A stretch of 51,471 bases of DNA from Candidatus Staskawiczbacteria bacterium RIFCSPLOWO2_01_FULL_38_12b (GCA_001820255.1 MHPA01000016.1:7288-58758); one strand, 5' to 3'. Numbered from the stretch's first letter, positions 34,209 to 44,785 are shown. The notes: generated by a model not told the origin, from the letters alone. Made by a program: numbers and translations.

Positions 34209-36386
34209 ATGATTGAATTATCAACCCCTATTGAAGACGTGCCTAATATCGGCTCGGCTTATCATAAAAAGTTAAAAAAACTGGGAATTAAAACCGTCCA
34301 GGATTTGCTGTTTTATTTTCCTTTACGATACGAGGATTTTTCTAATATTATTCCTATTAAAGACATAAAAGTTGGTGAAGTTGCATGCGTGCAAGGCAGA
34401 ATTATTGAAATAGAAAATACCCAAACGTTTAAAAAGTATATGACCATTACCGAAGCTCTCGTAGAAGATGAAACCGGTTCAATAAAAGCCTTGTGGTTTA
34501 ACCAACCGTTTTTAACCAAATCATTAAAAGAAGATGATTTTGTGTGCTTGGCTGGAAAAGTCACTTTAAGTAAAAATGGGGTATATTTAAATAATCCGGT
34601 CTTTGAAAAAATCAGTGACATTGATGATAACCCTTCGACTTCGCTCAGGGCAAGCAATTTAACGCATACCGGCCGGATTATTCCGGTATATTCTGAAACC
34701 AAAGGCGTAAGCAGTAAATGGTTGCGATATATGATAAAGCCCTTGCTTGAATATTTTTTTGATAAAGTTGGTGAAATACTTCCGGAAGAAATTTTAAAGA
34801 AACACAAATTTTTGGCGGTTAAAGAAGCGATCTGGCAAATTCATTTCCCGGATTCTTTTGAAGCCGCAGATGCGGCAAAAGCGCGGTTTAGTTTTGAAGA
34901 TTTATTTTTACTGCAACTTTCCATTTTAAAACAGCGCGCCAAATTAATGCAAAAAACAGCGCTGGCCTGCGCCATGGATGCCAAATTAATGAAAGAATTT
35001 ACCGAAAGCCTGCCATTTCAATTAACCGATTCGCAAAAACAGTGCAGCTATCAAATTTTAAAAGATTTGGAAAAATCGGTGCCGATGTCGCGGTTACTAG
35101 AAGGAGATGTTGGAAGCGGCAAAACGGTCGTGGCAACCATGGCCGCACTAAGCGCCGTAAAAAATGGCTACCAAGTGGCGTTTATGGCGCCAACGGAAAT
35201 TTTGACCAGCCAGCATTTTAAGGGCATTTCAAAAATGTTAGAAAAATTTGGCACCACCATTGGATATTTAACCGGCAAAGAAAGTTTTATTTATAAAGCG
35301 GGAAAAATCCAAGAAATTAAGAAAAAAGACTTGCTGCTAGAATTGGAATTCGGGCAAATCAATATCTTAATCGGCACGCATTCGTTAATCCAAAAAACGA
35401 TAAAATTCTCAAAATTAGCGTTAGTTATTTTAGATGAACAGCACCGGTTTGGGGTCAGCCAGCGCGCCCAATTAATCAAAGACCAAAAAATAATCCCCCA
35501 CTTGCTTTCCATGACGGCTACCCCGATTCCAAGAACTTTGGCATTAACCGTGTATGGCGATTTGGATTTGTCACTAATAAAAGAAATGCCCAAAAACCGC
35601 AAAAAAATAAAAACAGTCATTGTGGATCCAAAAGACCGCAAAGCCGCTTACGAATTTATCCAAAAAGAAGTGCGCGACGGTAAAGGAGTTTTTGTCATCT
35701 GCCCCAAAATCGGCAGGGAAGAAAATGAAAATAGCGCACTGCCGATTACCGGATCTTTTGCGGTTTCCAATTATAACCCAAGCCTCTTTGGTGTTTTAGA
35801 AATGAAAACGGTAAAACAAGAATACGAAAAACTTTCCAAAGAAATTTTCCCGGATTTACGCATTACCATGCTCCACGGAAAAATGAAAACTGAAGAAAAG
35901 CAACGGGTGATGCTGGATTTTAAAAAAGGGGAAATTGATATTTTAGTTTCTACATCAGTAGTAGAAGTCGGAGTAGATGTGCCCAGGGCAACCGTTATGA
36001 TGATTGAAGGAGCCGAGCGCTTTGGTTTGGCGCAACTGCATCAATTCCGCGGCAGAGTCGGCAGAAGCGACATGCAATCATACTGCTTTTTATTTACCAC
36101 CAGTCCCGACCAATTAAACCGAAAACGCTTAAAAGCATTGGTTGATTCTGATAATGGCTTTGAGCTGGCGCAAAAAGATTTGGAAATTCGCGGCCCAGGG
36201 CAATTGTACGGCGCACAGCAATGGGGGCTTCCGGATGTGGCCATGGAAGGCATGTTAAATATATTTTTGGTGGAAAAAACCCGAACCGCCGCAAAAGAAA
36301 TATTAGAAAAAGACCCCGAATTAAAAGGATATCCTTTACTTTTAGAACAGTTGGGGCAATTTAAATCAAAAATCCATTTTGAGTAA
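34209..36386 (+). CDS. recG: ATP-dependent DNA helicase RecG
   Basis: GDVGSGKT, DEQHRFGV, MTATPIPRTL, QLHQFRGRVGR, DLEIRGPG. Confidence 0.97.
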   Translation: MIELSTPIEDVPNIGSAYHKKLKKLGIKTVQDLLFYFPLRYEDFSNIIPIKDIKVGEVACVQGRIIEIENTQTFKKYMTITEALVEDETGSIKALWFNQPFLTKSLKEDDFVCLAGKVTLSKNGVYLNNPVFEKISDIDDNPSTSLRASNLTHTGRIIPVYSETKGVSSKWLRYMIKPLLEYFFDKVGEILPEEILKKHKFLAVKEAIWQIHFPDSFEAADAAKARFSFEDLFLLQLSILKQRAKLMQKTALACAMDAKLMKEFTESLPFQLTDSQKQCSYQILKDLEKSVPMSRLLEGDVGSGKTVVATMAALSAVKNGYQVAFMAPTEILTSQHFKGISKMLEKFGTTIGYLTGKESFIYKAGKIQEIKKKDLLLELEFGQINILIGTHSLIQKTIKFSKLALVILDEQHRFGVSQRAQLIKDQKIIPHLLSMTATPIPRTLALTVYGDLDLSLIKEMPKNRKKIKTVIVDPKDRKAAYEFIQKEVRDGKGVFVICPKIGREENENSALPITGSFAVSNYNPSLFGVLEMKTVKQEYEKLSKEIFPDLRITMLHGKMKTEEKQRVMLDFKKGEIDILVSTSVVEVGVDVPRATVMMIEGAERFGLAQLHQFRGRVGRSDMQSYCFLFTTSPDQLNRKRLKALVDSDNGFELAQKDLEIRGPGQLYGAQQWGLPDVAMEGMLNIFLVEKTRTAAKEILEKDPELKGYPLLLEQLGQFKSKIHFE

Positions 36387-36766
36387 AAAAAAGACCGCCT
36401 CATGTGTTGCGGACTTTTACTTTAGCTGCAAAGTTCTCTTATGATGGGGAATATGGTTCCATCCGAATTTTGAAAATGATTTTTGCGATTGCCGTTTTCA
36501 TAGATTAAAATAATGCGTGCACTTTTTTTGCTATTCATGGCACAAAAGTTTTTTAATGTTAAAAGACAGAGTTTTGGATTATTAACATGAATCCAAAGAT
36601 CTTGGTGGACTATTTGCCCAAAAGAATCAAGTGGAGTCACGTATAATTCTACGATGGAATTTAACATTTTTTTCTCCAAGAGAAGTTGTATTGATGTCAA
36701 TGAGCCAATCTACGTTTTTGGGTAACGGAAAAAATAAAGAATCTTTGAATTAATAACATTCTGTAA

Positions 36767-38302
36767 TCAACTCCTGATTTTTTCCGTTACCCAAAAACCC
36801 ATGTATTTTCCCAGCATCAGCCGCATTTGGGCATCCAATGCCGGGAAAGCGCCAAAAATGATCAAGGTAAAAGGCAAAAATATCCATTGGAAAAAAATGG
36901 TTATTTTTTTTAATTTGCTTACCCCCTTGGGAATTGGAGGCAAAAGCATAGTGGAAAGCACTGCGGAAACCATCATGCCCACCAATGAAATCGTCATGAC
37001 CCTGCTGGTTAAAATCGGTAAATTAAAAGACAGCATCGTAACATTAAATTTATTTCCACCTAAAAATATCGGCAGCCAGCCCAGCGCAAAAAGCAACAGT
37101 GATGCGGTAGCCCAAGACCAATATCCGTCGATTAAGGTGTATGAATGAGAAATCTTTTTCCAAAACGGAATATCCTTATTTTGTAAAAAACCGTAGAGCG
37201 TGTAAGGAATTTCAGCACACCCCCACGCCCAGCGCTTTTGCTGCTTGTATTGGTTTACCATTGATGTAAAAATGCTGGGAGAATCCACTGCGTCCATGGA
37301 AACCAAATAGTAAATAGGAACCACCCGATAATCCCCGTTGTAATAAAGGTATGCCCGCCAAAAAATCCGGGAGTCGTCGCAGACCACATTTGAGGGATAC
37401 CCTACTTCAAAAAATACTTTTGCAGGGATGGCGTGGCTTGAGTAGGTGGTAAGTTTTTCCGACCGCTCTTGTTGGATCATTTGCCAAAAAGTGTTTGATG
37501 TAGATACCACCCTGGCAAAAAAGGTAACGGTCCAAATGTTATTATTGTATACGGGAATCGGCTGATAACTTGCCCGCAGAGGATTTTCTTCGGTTAAATA
37601 ATACCAGGTCAAACAAGAAAAATACTGGGGATACACTTTAGTATCAACATCAAACGAAGAAATTAAAATATCTTCATAGGGAATTTTCAACACGTCAATA
37701 ATGGCGTTTTTTACCATGTTTCCGGCGTAAGCCACATTAGATCCTTTACCGGCTATTTCCCCTTTGATATTTTTTGGATGCACTACGATTAAAAATTTAA
37801 AAAACTTGCCGGCGTATGCCTTTTCTATTTTTCTGGCTATTTCTTTAAATTCTTCACCCGCCCTTTCTTCTATGGCCAAAACAATAATTAATTTTTCCTT
37901 AGGATACGTTGAAGACGCCAATGAATCAAGGCTTTCTTTTATAATATGCTCTCCTTCTTTATAAGTTGGCAAAATGACCACGTGGTATATTTTTTTCCAA
38001 TTTTTATGTTTGATTTTTTTAAGCATTTGCAACCAGTCTTTTCTCATATGTCTTTTCGTTTTTATATAACCGACAATCTGATGCAAAGAAAAATAAAAAA
38101 TCCTGAATAAATAATAAAAACAAAAACAGATGATAAAAATTGACACCCACAAAGGAATAAGCCATGAAAAAACAAGAACCCCTAAAAGAGTTCCAAAGCT
38201 TACCATTCCCGGGATCATTTCAAAAAAACGATATAATCCTCTTTCTTTTTTATCTTCAATATCGCTGGCTTTTGAAATATCCAGATATTCTTTTTTATCC
38301 AT
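36767..38302 (-). CDS. Membrane glycosyltransferase family 2
   Basis: ILPTYKE, GKGSN, DVDT, DD, QQKRWAWG (QxxRW). True start is MDKK at 38302; the longer ORF runs through the tRNA. Confidence 0.88.
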   Translation of the reverse strand: MDKKEYLDISKASDIEDKKERGLYRFFEMIPGMVSFGTLLGVLVFSWLIPLWVSIFIICFCFYYLFRIFYFSLHQIVGYIKTKRHMRKDWLQMLKKIKHKNWKKIYHVVILPTYKEGEHIIKESLDSLASSTYPKEKLIIVLAIEERAGEEFKEIARKIEKAYAGKFFKFLIVVHPKNIKGEIAGKGSNVAYAGNMVKNAIIDVLKIPYEDILISSFDVDTKVYPQYFSCLTWYYLTEENPLRASYQPIPVYNNNIWTVTFFARVVSTSNTFWQMIQQERSEKLTTYSSHAIPAKVFFEVGYPSNVVCDDSRIFWRAYLYYNGDYRVVPIYYLVSMDAVDSPSIFTSMVNQYKQQKRWAWGCAEIPYTLYGFLQNKDIPFWKKISHSYTLIDGYWSWATASLLLFALGWLPIFLGGNKFNVTMLSFNLPILTSRVMTISLVGMMVSAVLSTMLLPPIPKGVSKLKKITIFFQWIFLPFTLIIFGAFPALDAQMRLMLGKYMGFWVTEKIRS

Positions 38303-38304
38303 AG

Positions 38305-38379
38305 CGGTCCCACCGGGATTTGAACCCGGGTTACAAGAGTGAAAATCTTGTGTCCTAGACCAGGCTAGACGATGGGACC
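38305..38379 (-). tRNA. tRNA-Glu(TTC)
   Basis: GGTCCCA acceptor, caaga-TTTTCAC-tcttg anticodon arm, GGTTCAAATCC; CCA not encoded. Confidence 0.93.
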
Positions 38380-38525
38380 AGGTTGCGCACGCCACGGCGT
38401 GCGCAGAATTTTCAATTTTCAATCCTTCGGCGTGGCTCAGAACAAGTCAAATCCCAATTATCTGATTACCAAATGATACCGATATTCTACGTCTAAAATT
38501 GAAAAAAATCAATGGCAAAGCCTAA

Positions 38526-39239
38526 TTAACTCTTATATTTTCCGGTAACTAAATTCCATCTTATCCTTGATAAATCCAGAAGCATTTTTAACATTCCCAA
38601 AAAGCGCACTTTGGTTTGGACATCATTGGCCCACACAACCGGAACTTCTTTAATGGTATGACCCATTTTTTTAGCAATAACTAATATTTCAGAATCAAAC
38701 GCAAAACCATTAATGTTGCATAAAGGCAAAATATCTTTTACGGCTTTGGCATTCAATAATTTAAAACCGCACTGGATGTCTTTAATATTAAAAAGACCCG
38801 TCGCCAACCTGGCCAACAGACCATAAAAAATACCCAGAATTCTTCTGTGCAGTGGTTGTGAATTAATAATTTTAGATCCTTGCATGTTACGGGATCCTAT
38901 AATAATATCGTAATTTTTCGCATATGGTAAGAAATTTGAGAGCTCTTTAATAGAGGTAGAATTATCAGCATCCATAAATAACCTATACTCGCCTTTTGCT
39001 CTTAATAATCCCTGCTTGACCACATAGCCCTTGCCATAATTTTTTTCATTACTCATTATGGTTAAATTTGGAATTTCTAACTTCCTGACAACTTCTACTG
39101 TTGCGTCATGTGAACCATCGTTAACAACAATAATTTCATAATCGTATCTTTGCAAAGACAAATAATCATTAAGTTGGAGCAAGGTTTTTTTGATCCTTTT
39201 TTCTTCGTTATAAGCAGGTATGACAACCGATAAAAACAT
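38526..39239 (-). CDS. Polyprenol-phosphate glycosyltransferase (GT2, Dol-P-Glc/Man synthase-like)
   Basis: LSVVIPAYNE, VNDGSHD, NYGKG, FMDAD, DIQCGFK. Confidence 0.9.
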   Translation of the reverse strand: MFLSVVIPAYNEEKRIKKTLLQLNDYLSLQRYDYEIIVVNDGSHDATVEVVRKLEIPNLTIMSNEKNYGKGYVVKQGLLRAKGEYRLFMDADNSTSIKELSNFLPYAKNYDIIIGSRNMQGSKIINSQPLHRRILGIFYGLLARLATGLFNIKDIQCGFKLLNAKAVKDILPLCNINGFAFDSEILVIAKKMGHTIKEVPVVWANDVQTKVRFLGMLKMLLDLSRIRWNLVTGKYKS

Positions 39240-39242
39240 GTG

Positions 39243-40817
39243 TTATTTTGTTAAAATTATAGCAATGTCGTCCTCATACACTGTCTGCCAGCCAGAATCA
39301 ATCAATAGGTTATAAATACTTTTTGAGGGATAATTGATTCCTAGTTTTTCAAAAATCCACTTATACTTTTGCAACATGCCCGAAAATTGATTTTTGGGCT
39401 TTTCTTGGTAGGTTATATATTTTATAGCTTGATCTTTTTTGTCCTTGCTTAAAAAAATTATCTTAATATCATATTTTTTTAAAAGTTCTTTTGCGCCAGC
39501 TTGCGCTTCCATTATTTTAATGTAGTCGCCAAACACAAATTGATTGTTTTGGCGCCAGCTTGGCATTCTTCCATCGATAAATACTTTCCGTTCGGGCAAT
39601 TTCCAAATTAAATATCCGCCCCAGTTGTATTCATTTAACATGTTTTCTGAAAGCGGCACACTTTTTAAAAAAGATACTGCTTTTTCAAGACGGTATTCTG
39701 CATTAAAACCAGTGTGATTTGTAAAACTAGTAGCAAAAATACAAAAAGAAAAAATAATGGCACCCGTTACTGATAAAAAAATTCTCCAGGCAGAGCTACT
39801 CATTGATTTTGATGTTGCCTCTTGCCTGGCATGCAAAAATAAATCTCCAAAAACAGGAATCGTAAAAATAACGAAAATTAAAAAGTAACGCTGGTTGCAA
39901 AAAGCTAAAAATAAAAATAATAAAGAAAAAATAATATCATTAACATCAAGGCTTCTATGAAACTTGATTATAGTAATACTGCACAGAAATATAAATAAAG
40001 ATATATAAAGCCATATAAATAACGAGCTTGTGGAAATTAAAGGCATCCACTCTAAAATATGAAATCTTAAAAAATTATCCCCGACGGTTCTAAAAACTTC
40101 TTGGTAAATTCTTAAGCCATAGGGATTTATTACGGTCGCAAAAAAAGAAAAGGCCAATACAGAGGCTATGGTTACTACTTTTTGATACGATTGCTCCTTT
40201 ATATTTAAAAAATGCAGTTGCGGAATTTTTTGAATAACACCCGTCTTTTTGAAAATTTCCAAACATAAGACTACCAGCAATATGCAAAGTCCGGCAAAAA
40301 ATCCGGCATGCAAATTAACCCACAATACCAATAGCAACGGCAAAAAATAAATTAATTTAGAGTTATTATTTAAAAATTTATTAATTATTCTCCACACTAT
40401 CGCAACAAATAGTACTGTTAAAAGCTGGGGCCGGATTCCCAAAAAAGAAGCGGTGGCCCAATACCCAAAAAATATGGGAAGAGCCAGATCAATAAAAGAT
40501 TGCCCGGGTTTTGCGACAATAAAAAAAGAAGCCGTATAAAGGACTAAAAAAACCAACAACAAAAAATAAAAACCGTATATTGAATAAACCTTGTACATCA
40601 ATACATCGGTTAGCCATTCGTGGTCAATCCAATGAAAATCAGGCATCGTATAAGAATACCAATCTTGTTGGGGTACTCCTTCTTGTAAAATCAATTCCCC
40701 GGTACGCACGTGCCAGCCAAAATCCGGATCTTGCCAGCCGGAAGTGATAAAAAAACCACAAGAAACCAGTACAATAAAAAGAATTAAAAAATAAAAAAAA
40801 TGGCTTTTTTTAATCAT
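39243..40817 (-). CDS. Multi-pass membrane protein, probable GT-C-fold glycosyltransferase
   Basis: DPDFGWH..TG, W.DHEWL, RPQ, WVNLH, NPYG, WGGYLIW, FIDGR; coupled to the polyprenol-P GT2. Confidence 0.65.
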   Translation of the reverse strand: MIKKSHFFYFLILFIVLVSCGFFITSGWQDPDFGWHVRTGELILQEGVPQQDWYSYTMPDFHWIDHEWLTDVLMYKVYSIYGFYFLLLVFLVLYTASFFIVAKPGQSFIDLALPIFFGYWATASFLGIRPQLLTVLFVAIVWRIINKFLNNNSKLIYFLPLLLVLWVNLHAGFFAGLCILLVVLCLEIFKKTGVIQKIPQLHFLNIKEQSYQKVVTIASVLAFSFFATVINPYGLRIYQEVFRTVGDNFLRFHILEWMPLISTSSLFIWLYISLFIFLCSITIIKFHRSLDVNDIIFSLLFLFLAFCNQRYFLIFVIFTIPVFGDLFLHARQEATSKSMSSSAWRIFLSVTGAIIFSFCIFATSFTNHTGFNAEYRLEKAVSFLKSVPLSENMLNEYNWGGYLIWKLPERKVFIDGRMPSWRQNNQFVFGDYIKIMEAQAGAKELLKKYDIKIIFLSKDKKDQAIKYITYQEKPKNQFSGMLQKYKWIFEKLGINYPSKSIYNLLIDSGWQTVYEDDIAIILTK

Positions 40818-40922
40818 TGAAATTCAATCATGGTAGCATAAAAAATCCCTTATTTCAAACATTAAAACTGACCGATTATTTTAAATTATAAAATATCATG
40901 TATACTGAATACCGTAAATAAT

Positions 40923-42116
40923 ATGAAAATATTAGCCATCGAAACATCTTGCGACGATACGGGAATAGCAGTGCTTCAAGCCTCAGGCTCCAAGTTTCAA
41001 GTTTTAAGCAACATCGTTTCCTCTCAGCAAATCCATGCAAATTATGGCGGGGTTTTCCCCATGATGGCAAAACGGGAACACCAGTGCAATTTAATACCCG
41101 TTTTAACCCAAGCTTTAAAAGAATCAAAATTACTTAAAAATAAAAGTCTTACAAATTTCACACCTTTGAAATTTGTAAGACAATTTAAAACGGTTGAAAA
41201 AATACTAGAAAAAGAAAATACTCTTTTTGAATCCGTAAAAGAATTTTTGGAAACCTACGAAAAACCCTTTGACTACGCTCAGGGCAAGCCCGCCATTGAC
41301 GCAATTGCAGTTACCAATGGACCGGGACTTGAGCCATGTCTTTGGGTTGGCGTAAATTTTGCCAAAGTTTTAAGTTATTTTTGGGATATTCCGGTGATTC
41401 CCGTAAATCATATCGAGGCTCACATTTTAGTTAATTTTCTGGAAAATCCCAAGATGGCATTTCCTGCAATATCGCTCATTGTTTCTGGCGGACACACCCA
41501 ATTGATTTTGGTAAAAAAAGTTGGCAGTTATGAAATTATCGGTGAAACGAGGGATGACGCCGCCGGTGAATGTTTTGACAAAGCCGCCAGAATTTTAGGT
41601 CTGGGTTATCCGGGAGGACCTGAAATTGCGCGCATAGCAGCGCAATTTCAGCCGAGCACTCAACGCTTGAGTGCTCTGGCAAATCCTATCATTTTGCCTC
41701 GCCCCATGATAAATTCCAAAGATTATGATTTTAGTTTTTCCGGTTTAAAAACCGCCATTCTATATAAAGTAAGGGATACTAAGCCAAAAATAGTAAAATC
41801 TGAAAAATTCATTCAAGAAATGTGTTTTGCCGTACAAGATGCCATTTGCGATGTATTGATTAAAAAAACTCTGCAAGCAGCAAAAGACTATAAAGCTAAA
41901 ACCATTATTCTTGGAGGCGGCGTTTCGGCAAACCAAGAATTACGAAAACAACTGGTAAAAAAAGTCCGACAAGAAATTCCAACTACAAAATACTTAATTC
42001 CAAATTCTGCATTGTCCACAGATAATGCTCTTATGATTGCCATCGCCGGATATCTTAACAAAGCAAAAAAAATCGCGTGGCAGAAGTTATCTGTCGACGC
42101 GAATTTGAGGATTTAA
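40923..42116 (+). CDS. tsaD: tRNA N6-threonylcarbamoyltransferase TsaD
   Basis: IETSCDDT, GPGL, HIEAH, SGGHT, DDAAGECFDK, FSFSGLKT, TDNA. Confidence 0.97.
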   Translation: MKILAIETSCDDTGIAVLQASGSKFQVLSNIVSSQQIHANYGGVFPMMAKREHQCNLIPVLTQALKESKLLKNKSLTNFTPLKFVRQFKTVEKILEKENTLFESVKEFLETYEKPFDYAQGKPAIDAIAVTNGPGLEPCLWVGVNFAKVLSYFWDIPVIPVNHIEAHILVNFLENPKMAFPAISLIVSGGHTQLILVKKVGSYEIIGETRDDAAGECFDKAARILGLGYPGGPEIARIAAQFQPSTQRLSALANPIILPRPMINSKDYDFSFSGLKTAILYKVRDTKPKIVKSEKFIQEMCFAVQDAICDVLIKKTLQAAKDYKAKTIILGGGVSANQELRKQLVKKVRQEIPTTKYLIPNSALSTDNALMIAIAGYLNKAKKIAWQKLSVDANLRI

Positions 42117-42123
42117 TAGGTTC

Positions 42124-42384
42124 TCACACCCATTTATGCCTCTTGTTTTTCCTAACATAGCGGCGTCTAATATTCTGAGCCATTTCCTTTTTTTTGTAAT
42201 GTCCGCAGAATCCATAGTTTGCGAGCAGGAGCCGATAATAGGGGCTCGTTTTTTCTTTTTTTATTTTCTCAATTTTTTTACGGGCATCTTCTACTGAACT
42301 CGCTGACACAACTTCTCTGCCACCTCCAAAGCCCTTGAAAGTTTCGGGTTCATACTGTTTTGACTCACAAAAGAAAAACGACAT
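42124..42384 (-). CDS. Small basic hypothetical protein
   Basis: 86-aa ORF with GGAGG RBS upstream; no recognised motif. Confidence 0.5.
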   Translation of the reverse strand: MSFFFCESKQYEPETFKGFGGGREVVSASSVEDARKKIEKIKKEKTSPYYRLLLANYGFCGHYKKKEMAQNIRRRYVRKNKRHKWV

Positions 42385-42511
42385 AGTATCCTCCGCTATT
42401 TTAAGGCATAGCTGCCTACGAAAAAATTGTCCAGGAACTAAATATAGTTTATACTATAAAACTTTTATTGTCAATATTTTCTGCTTCGGATAAATAAGTT
42501 AAAATCAAGTA

Positions 42512-44698
42512 ATGGAAACGCTAAAAAACGGACAACCATACGACGCCAAACAAGTTGAAGATAACATTTACAAACTGTGGGAAGACAGCGGTTTTTTCTC
42601 GCCTGACAAATTGTCAGGCACGCAGATTAACGCAGATTCAATGCGGATTAACGCAGATAAACGCAAACCATTCACGATAATTATGCCGCCGGCCAATGCC
42701 AATGGCAATTTACATGCCGGGCATGCTTTGGTGATGACCATTGAAGATATTATGACCCGCTATAAACGAATGCGGGGATTTAAGGCTTTATGGCTTCCAG
42801 GGTTGGATCACGCCGGTTTTGAAACCCAGGTGGTATATGAAAAGAAACTGGAAAAAGAGGGAAGGAGCCGGTTTAAAATGAAACCCGAAGAATTATACCA
42901 GGAAATTTTGCAATTCACCTTGGAAAATAAAAAAAATATTGAAGGGCAAATTAAAAAAATGGGGGCTTCGTGTGATTGGTCGCGCGAAAAGTTTACCTTA
43001 GATAAAGATATTGTAACCATCGTTTATCAAACATTTGAAAAATTATATGACAAAGGACTGGTATATCGGGGTAAAAAAATAATCAATTGGTGTAGCAAGC
43101 ATCAAACTTCTCTTTCAGATTTGGAAACCAAAGATGCCGAGCAAATTGATAAACTCTACTATTTAAAATACGGGCCTTTTGTGATTGCCACAGTGCGCCC
43201 TGAAACTAAGTTTGGCGACAAGTACGTGGTAATGCACCAAAAAGACCCGCGATACGCCAATTACAAACATGGGCAGAAAATTGCCTTGGAGTGGATAAAC
43301 GGCCCTATAGAGGCAACGGTGATTAAAGACGAAGCTATAGACATGGACTTTGGCACGGGAGCCATGACCATCACCCCATGGCACGATGCGGTAGATTTTG
43401 AAATTGCCCAAAAACACAGCCTAGATAAAGAGCAGATTATTGATTTTTATGGAAAACTGTTGCCGATTGCCGGTGAATTTTCGGGAATGAAAATCACCGA
43501 AGCACGCCAAAAAATCATAGAAAAATTGCAAGCAAAAGGTTTGGTGGAAAAAATCGAAGAAAACTACAAGCATGTGGTTAAAAGATGCTATAAATGCGAA
43601 ACACTCATTGAACCCCAAATAAAAGATCAATGGTTTTTAAAAATGGAAAGCTTGGCAAAGCCGGTCATAGCATCAATTCAGGCAAACAAAGTGACCTTTA
43701 TTCCAAAACATTATAAAAAAATATCCTTGCATTGGCTAAAAAATATTACCGATTGGCCTCTTTCACGCCAAATTGTCTGGGGTATTCCCATACCGGCAAA
43801 AATTTGTGAAAAATGCCAAAGTGCTATAATTGATACTACCCATCCCGAAATAAATCCTTCGGATTTAAACGGGACCTGCGGGAAGTGCGGCGGTAATTTA
43901 ATAAAAGAAACCGATACGTTTGATACCTGGTTTTCTTCAGGGCAGTGGCCGTTTGCAACTTTGCAAGCCGGCCAAAAAAATGATTTTAAGACTTTTTACC
44001 CCACCGATGTGATGGAAACCGCCGGTGAAATCATCTTTTTTTGGGTGGCAAGGATGTTAATGCTCGGGCTTTATACCACCAAAAAACTGCCATTTACAAC
44101 GGTGTACTTGCACGGATTGGTATTGGATGCCAAAGGAGAAAAAATGTCAAAGAGCAAGGGGAATGTAATCAATCCCATGGAATTAATTGATAAATACGGA
44201 ACTGACTCCTTAAGGATAAGCCTGGTCATAGGAAACACTCCGGGCACTTCCCTTGCCTTGGATGAAAATAGAATCAGGGGGTACAAAAATTTTGCCAATA
44301 AAATTTGGAACGCCAGCCGGTTTGTGGTGATGAATTTAAAAGACTATAATCCTAAGGCAAAAATTTCGCTAAATACTGCGCAAAAGAAAAATATAAAGGA
44401 ACTGCAAAAACTGGTTAAAGAAACCACAAAACTAATGGATGATTACAAGTTTTATATCGCCGCAGAAAAAATATATCACTATTTTTGGCATACCTTTTGT
44501 GATAAAATAATAGAAGAAAGCAAAGAAGCATTGGCTGATCCAAAAAGTCGCACGGCCACACAATATATGCTTTTGGAAATACTTACAAATTCATTAAAAC
44601 TACTGCACCCTTTCATGCCTTTTATTACCGAAGAAATTTATCAGCAATTACCGATTAAGGATAAAAAGTTGTTGATGATTGAGCGATGGCCAAAATAA
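42512..44698 (+). CDS. valS: Valine--tRNA ligase (compact form)
   Basis: PPANANGNLHAGH, PGLDHAG, SRQIVWG, DTWFSS, KMSKSKGN, LHPFMPFITEE. Confidence 0.96.
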   Translation: METLKNGQPYDAKQVEDNIYKLWEDSGFFSPDKLSGTQINADSMRINADKRKPFTIIMPPANANGNLHAGHALVMTIEDIMTRYKRMRGFKALWLPGLDHAGFETQVVYEKKLEKEGRSRFKMKPEELYQEILQFTLENKKNIEGQIKKMGASCDWSREKFTLDKDIVTIVYQTFEKLYDKGLVYRGKKIINWCSKHQTSLSDLETKDAEQIDKLYYLKYGPFVIATVRPETKFGDKYVVMHQKDPRYANYKHGQKIALEWINGPIEATVIKDEAIDMDFGTGAMTITPWHDAVDFEIAQKHSLDKEQIIDFYGKLLPIAGEFSGMKITEARQKIIEKLQAKGLVEKIEENYKHVVKRCYKCETLIEPQIKDQWFLKMESLAKPVIASIQANKVTFIPKHYKKISLHWLKNITDWPLSRQIVWGIPIPAKICEKCQSAIIDTTHPEINPSDLNGTCGKCGGNLIKETDTFDTWFSSGQWPFATLQAGQKNDFKTFYPTDVMETAGEIIFFWVARMLMLGLYTTKKLPFTTVYLHGLVLDAKGEKMSKSKGNVINPMELIDKYGTDSLRISLVIGNTPGTSLALDENRIRGYKNFANKIWNASRFVVMNLKDYNPKAKISLNTAQKKNIKELQKLVKETTKLMDDYKFYIAAEKIYHYFWHTFCDKIIEESKEALADPKSRTATQYMLLEILTNSLKLLHPFMPFITEEIYQQLPIKDKKLLMIERWPK

Positions 44699-44780
44699 CT
44701 CACATAACACATAACATAGAATACATAACAAAAAAACGGCGTCGTAGTTTTGTTTCATGTTCCATGTTTCATGTTCCATG
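44699..44780. repeat. Inverted heptamer array (cacataa / catgttc), empty counterpart of the four-helix-bundle cassette
   Basis: ctcacataacacataacatagaatacataacaa, short spacer, ttgtttcatgttccatgtttcatgttccatg. Confidence 0.85.
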
Positions 44781-44785
44781 AAGTA

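Noticed and set aside
36422..36700. 92-aa ORF between recG and GT2
   Set aside because: Weak start and no motif; cannot be supported as a gene from sequence alone.
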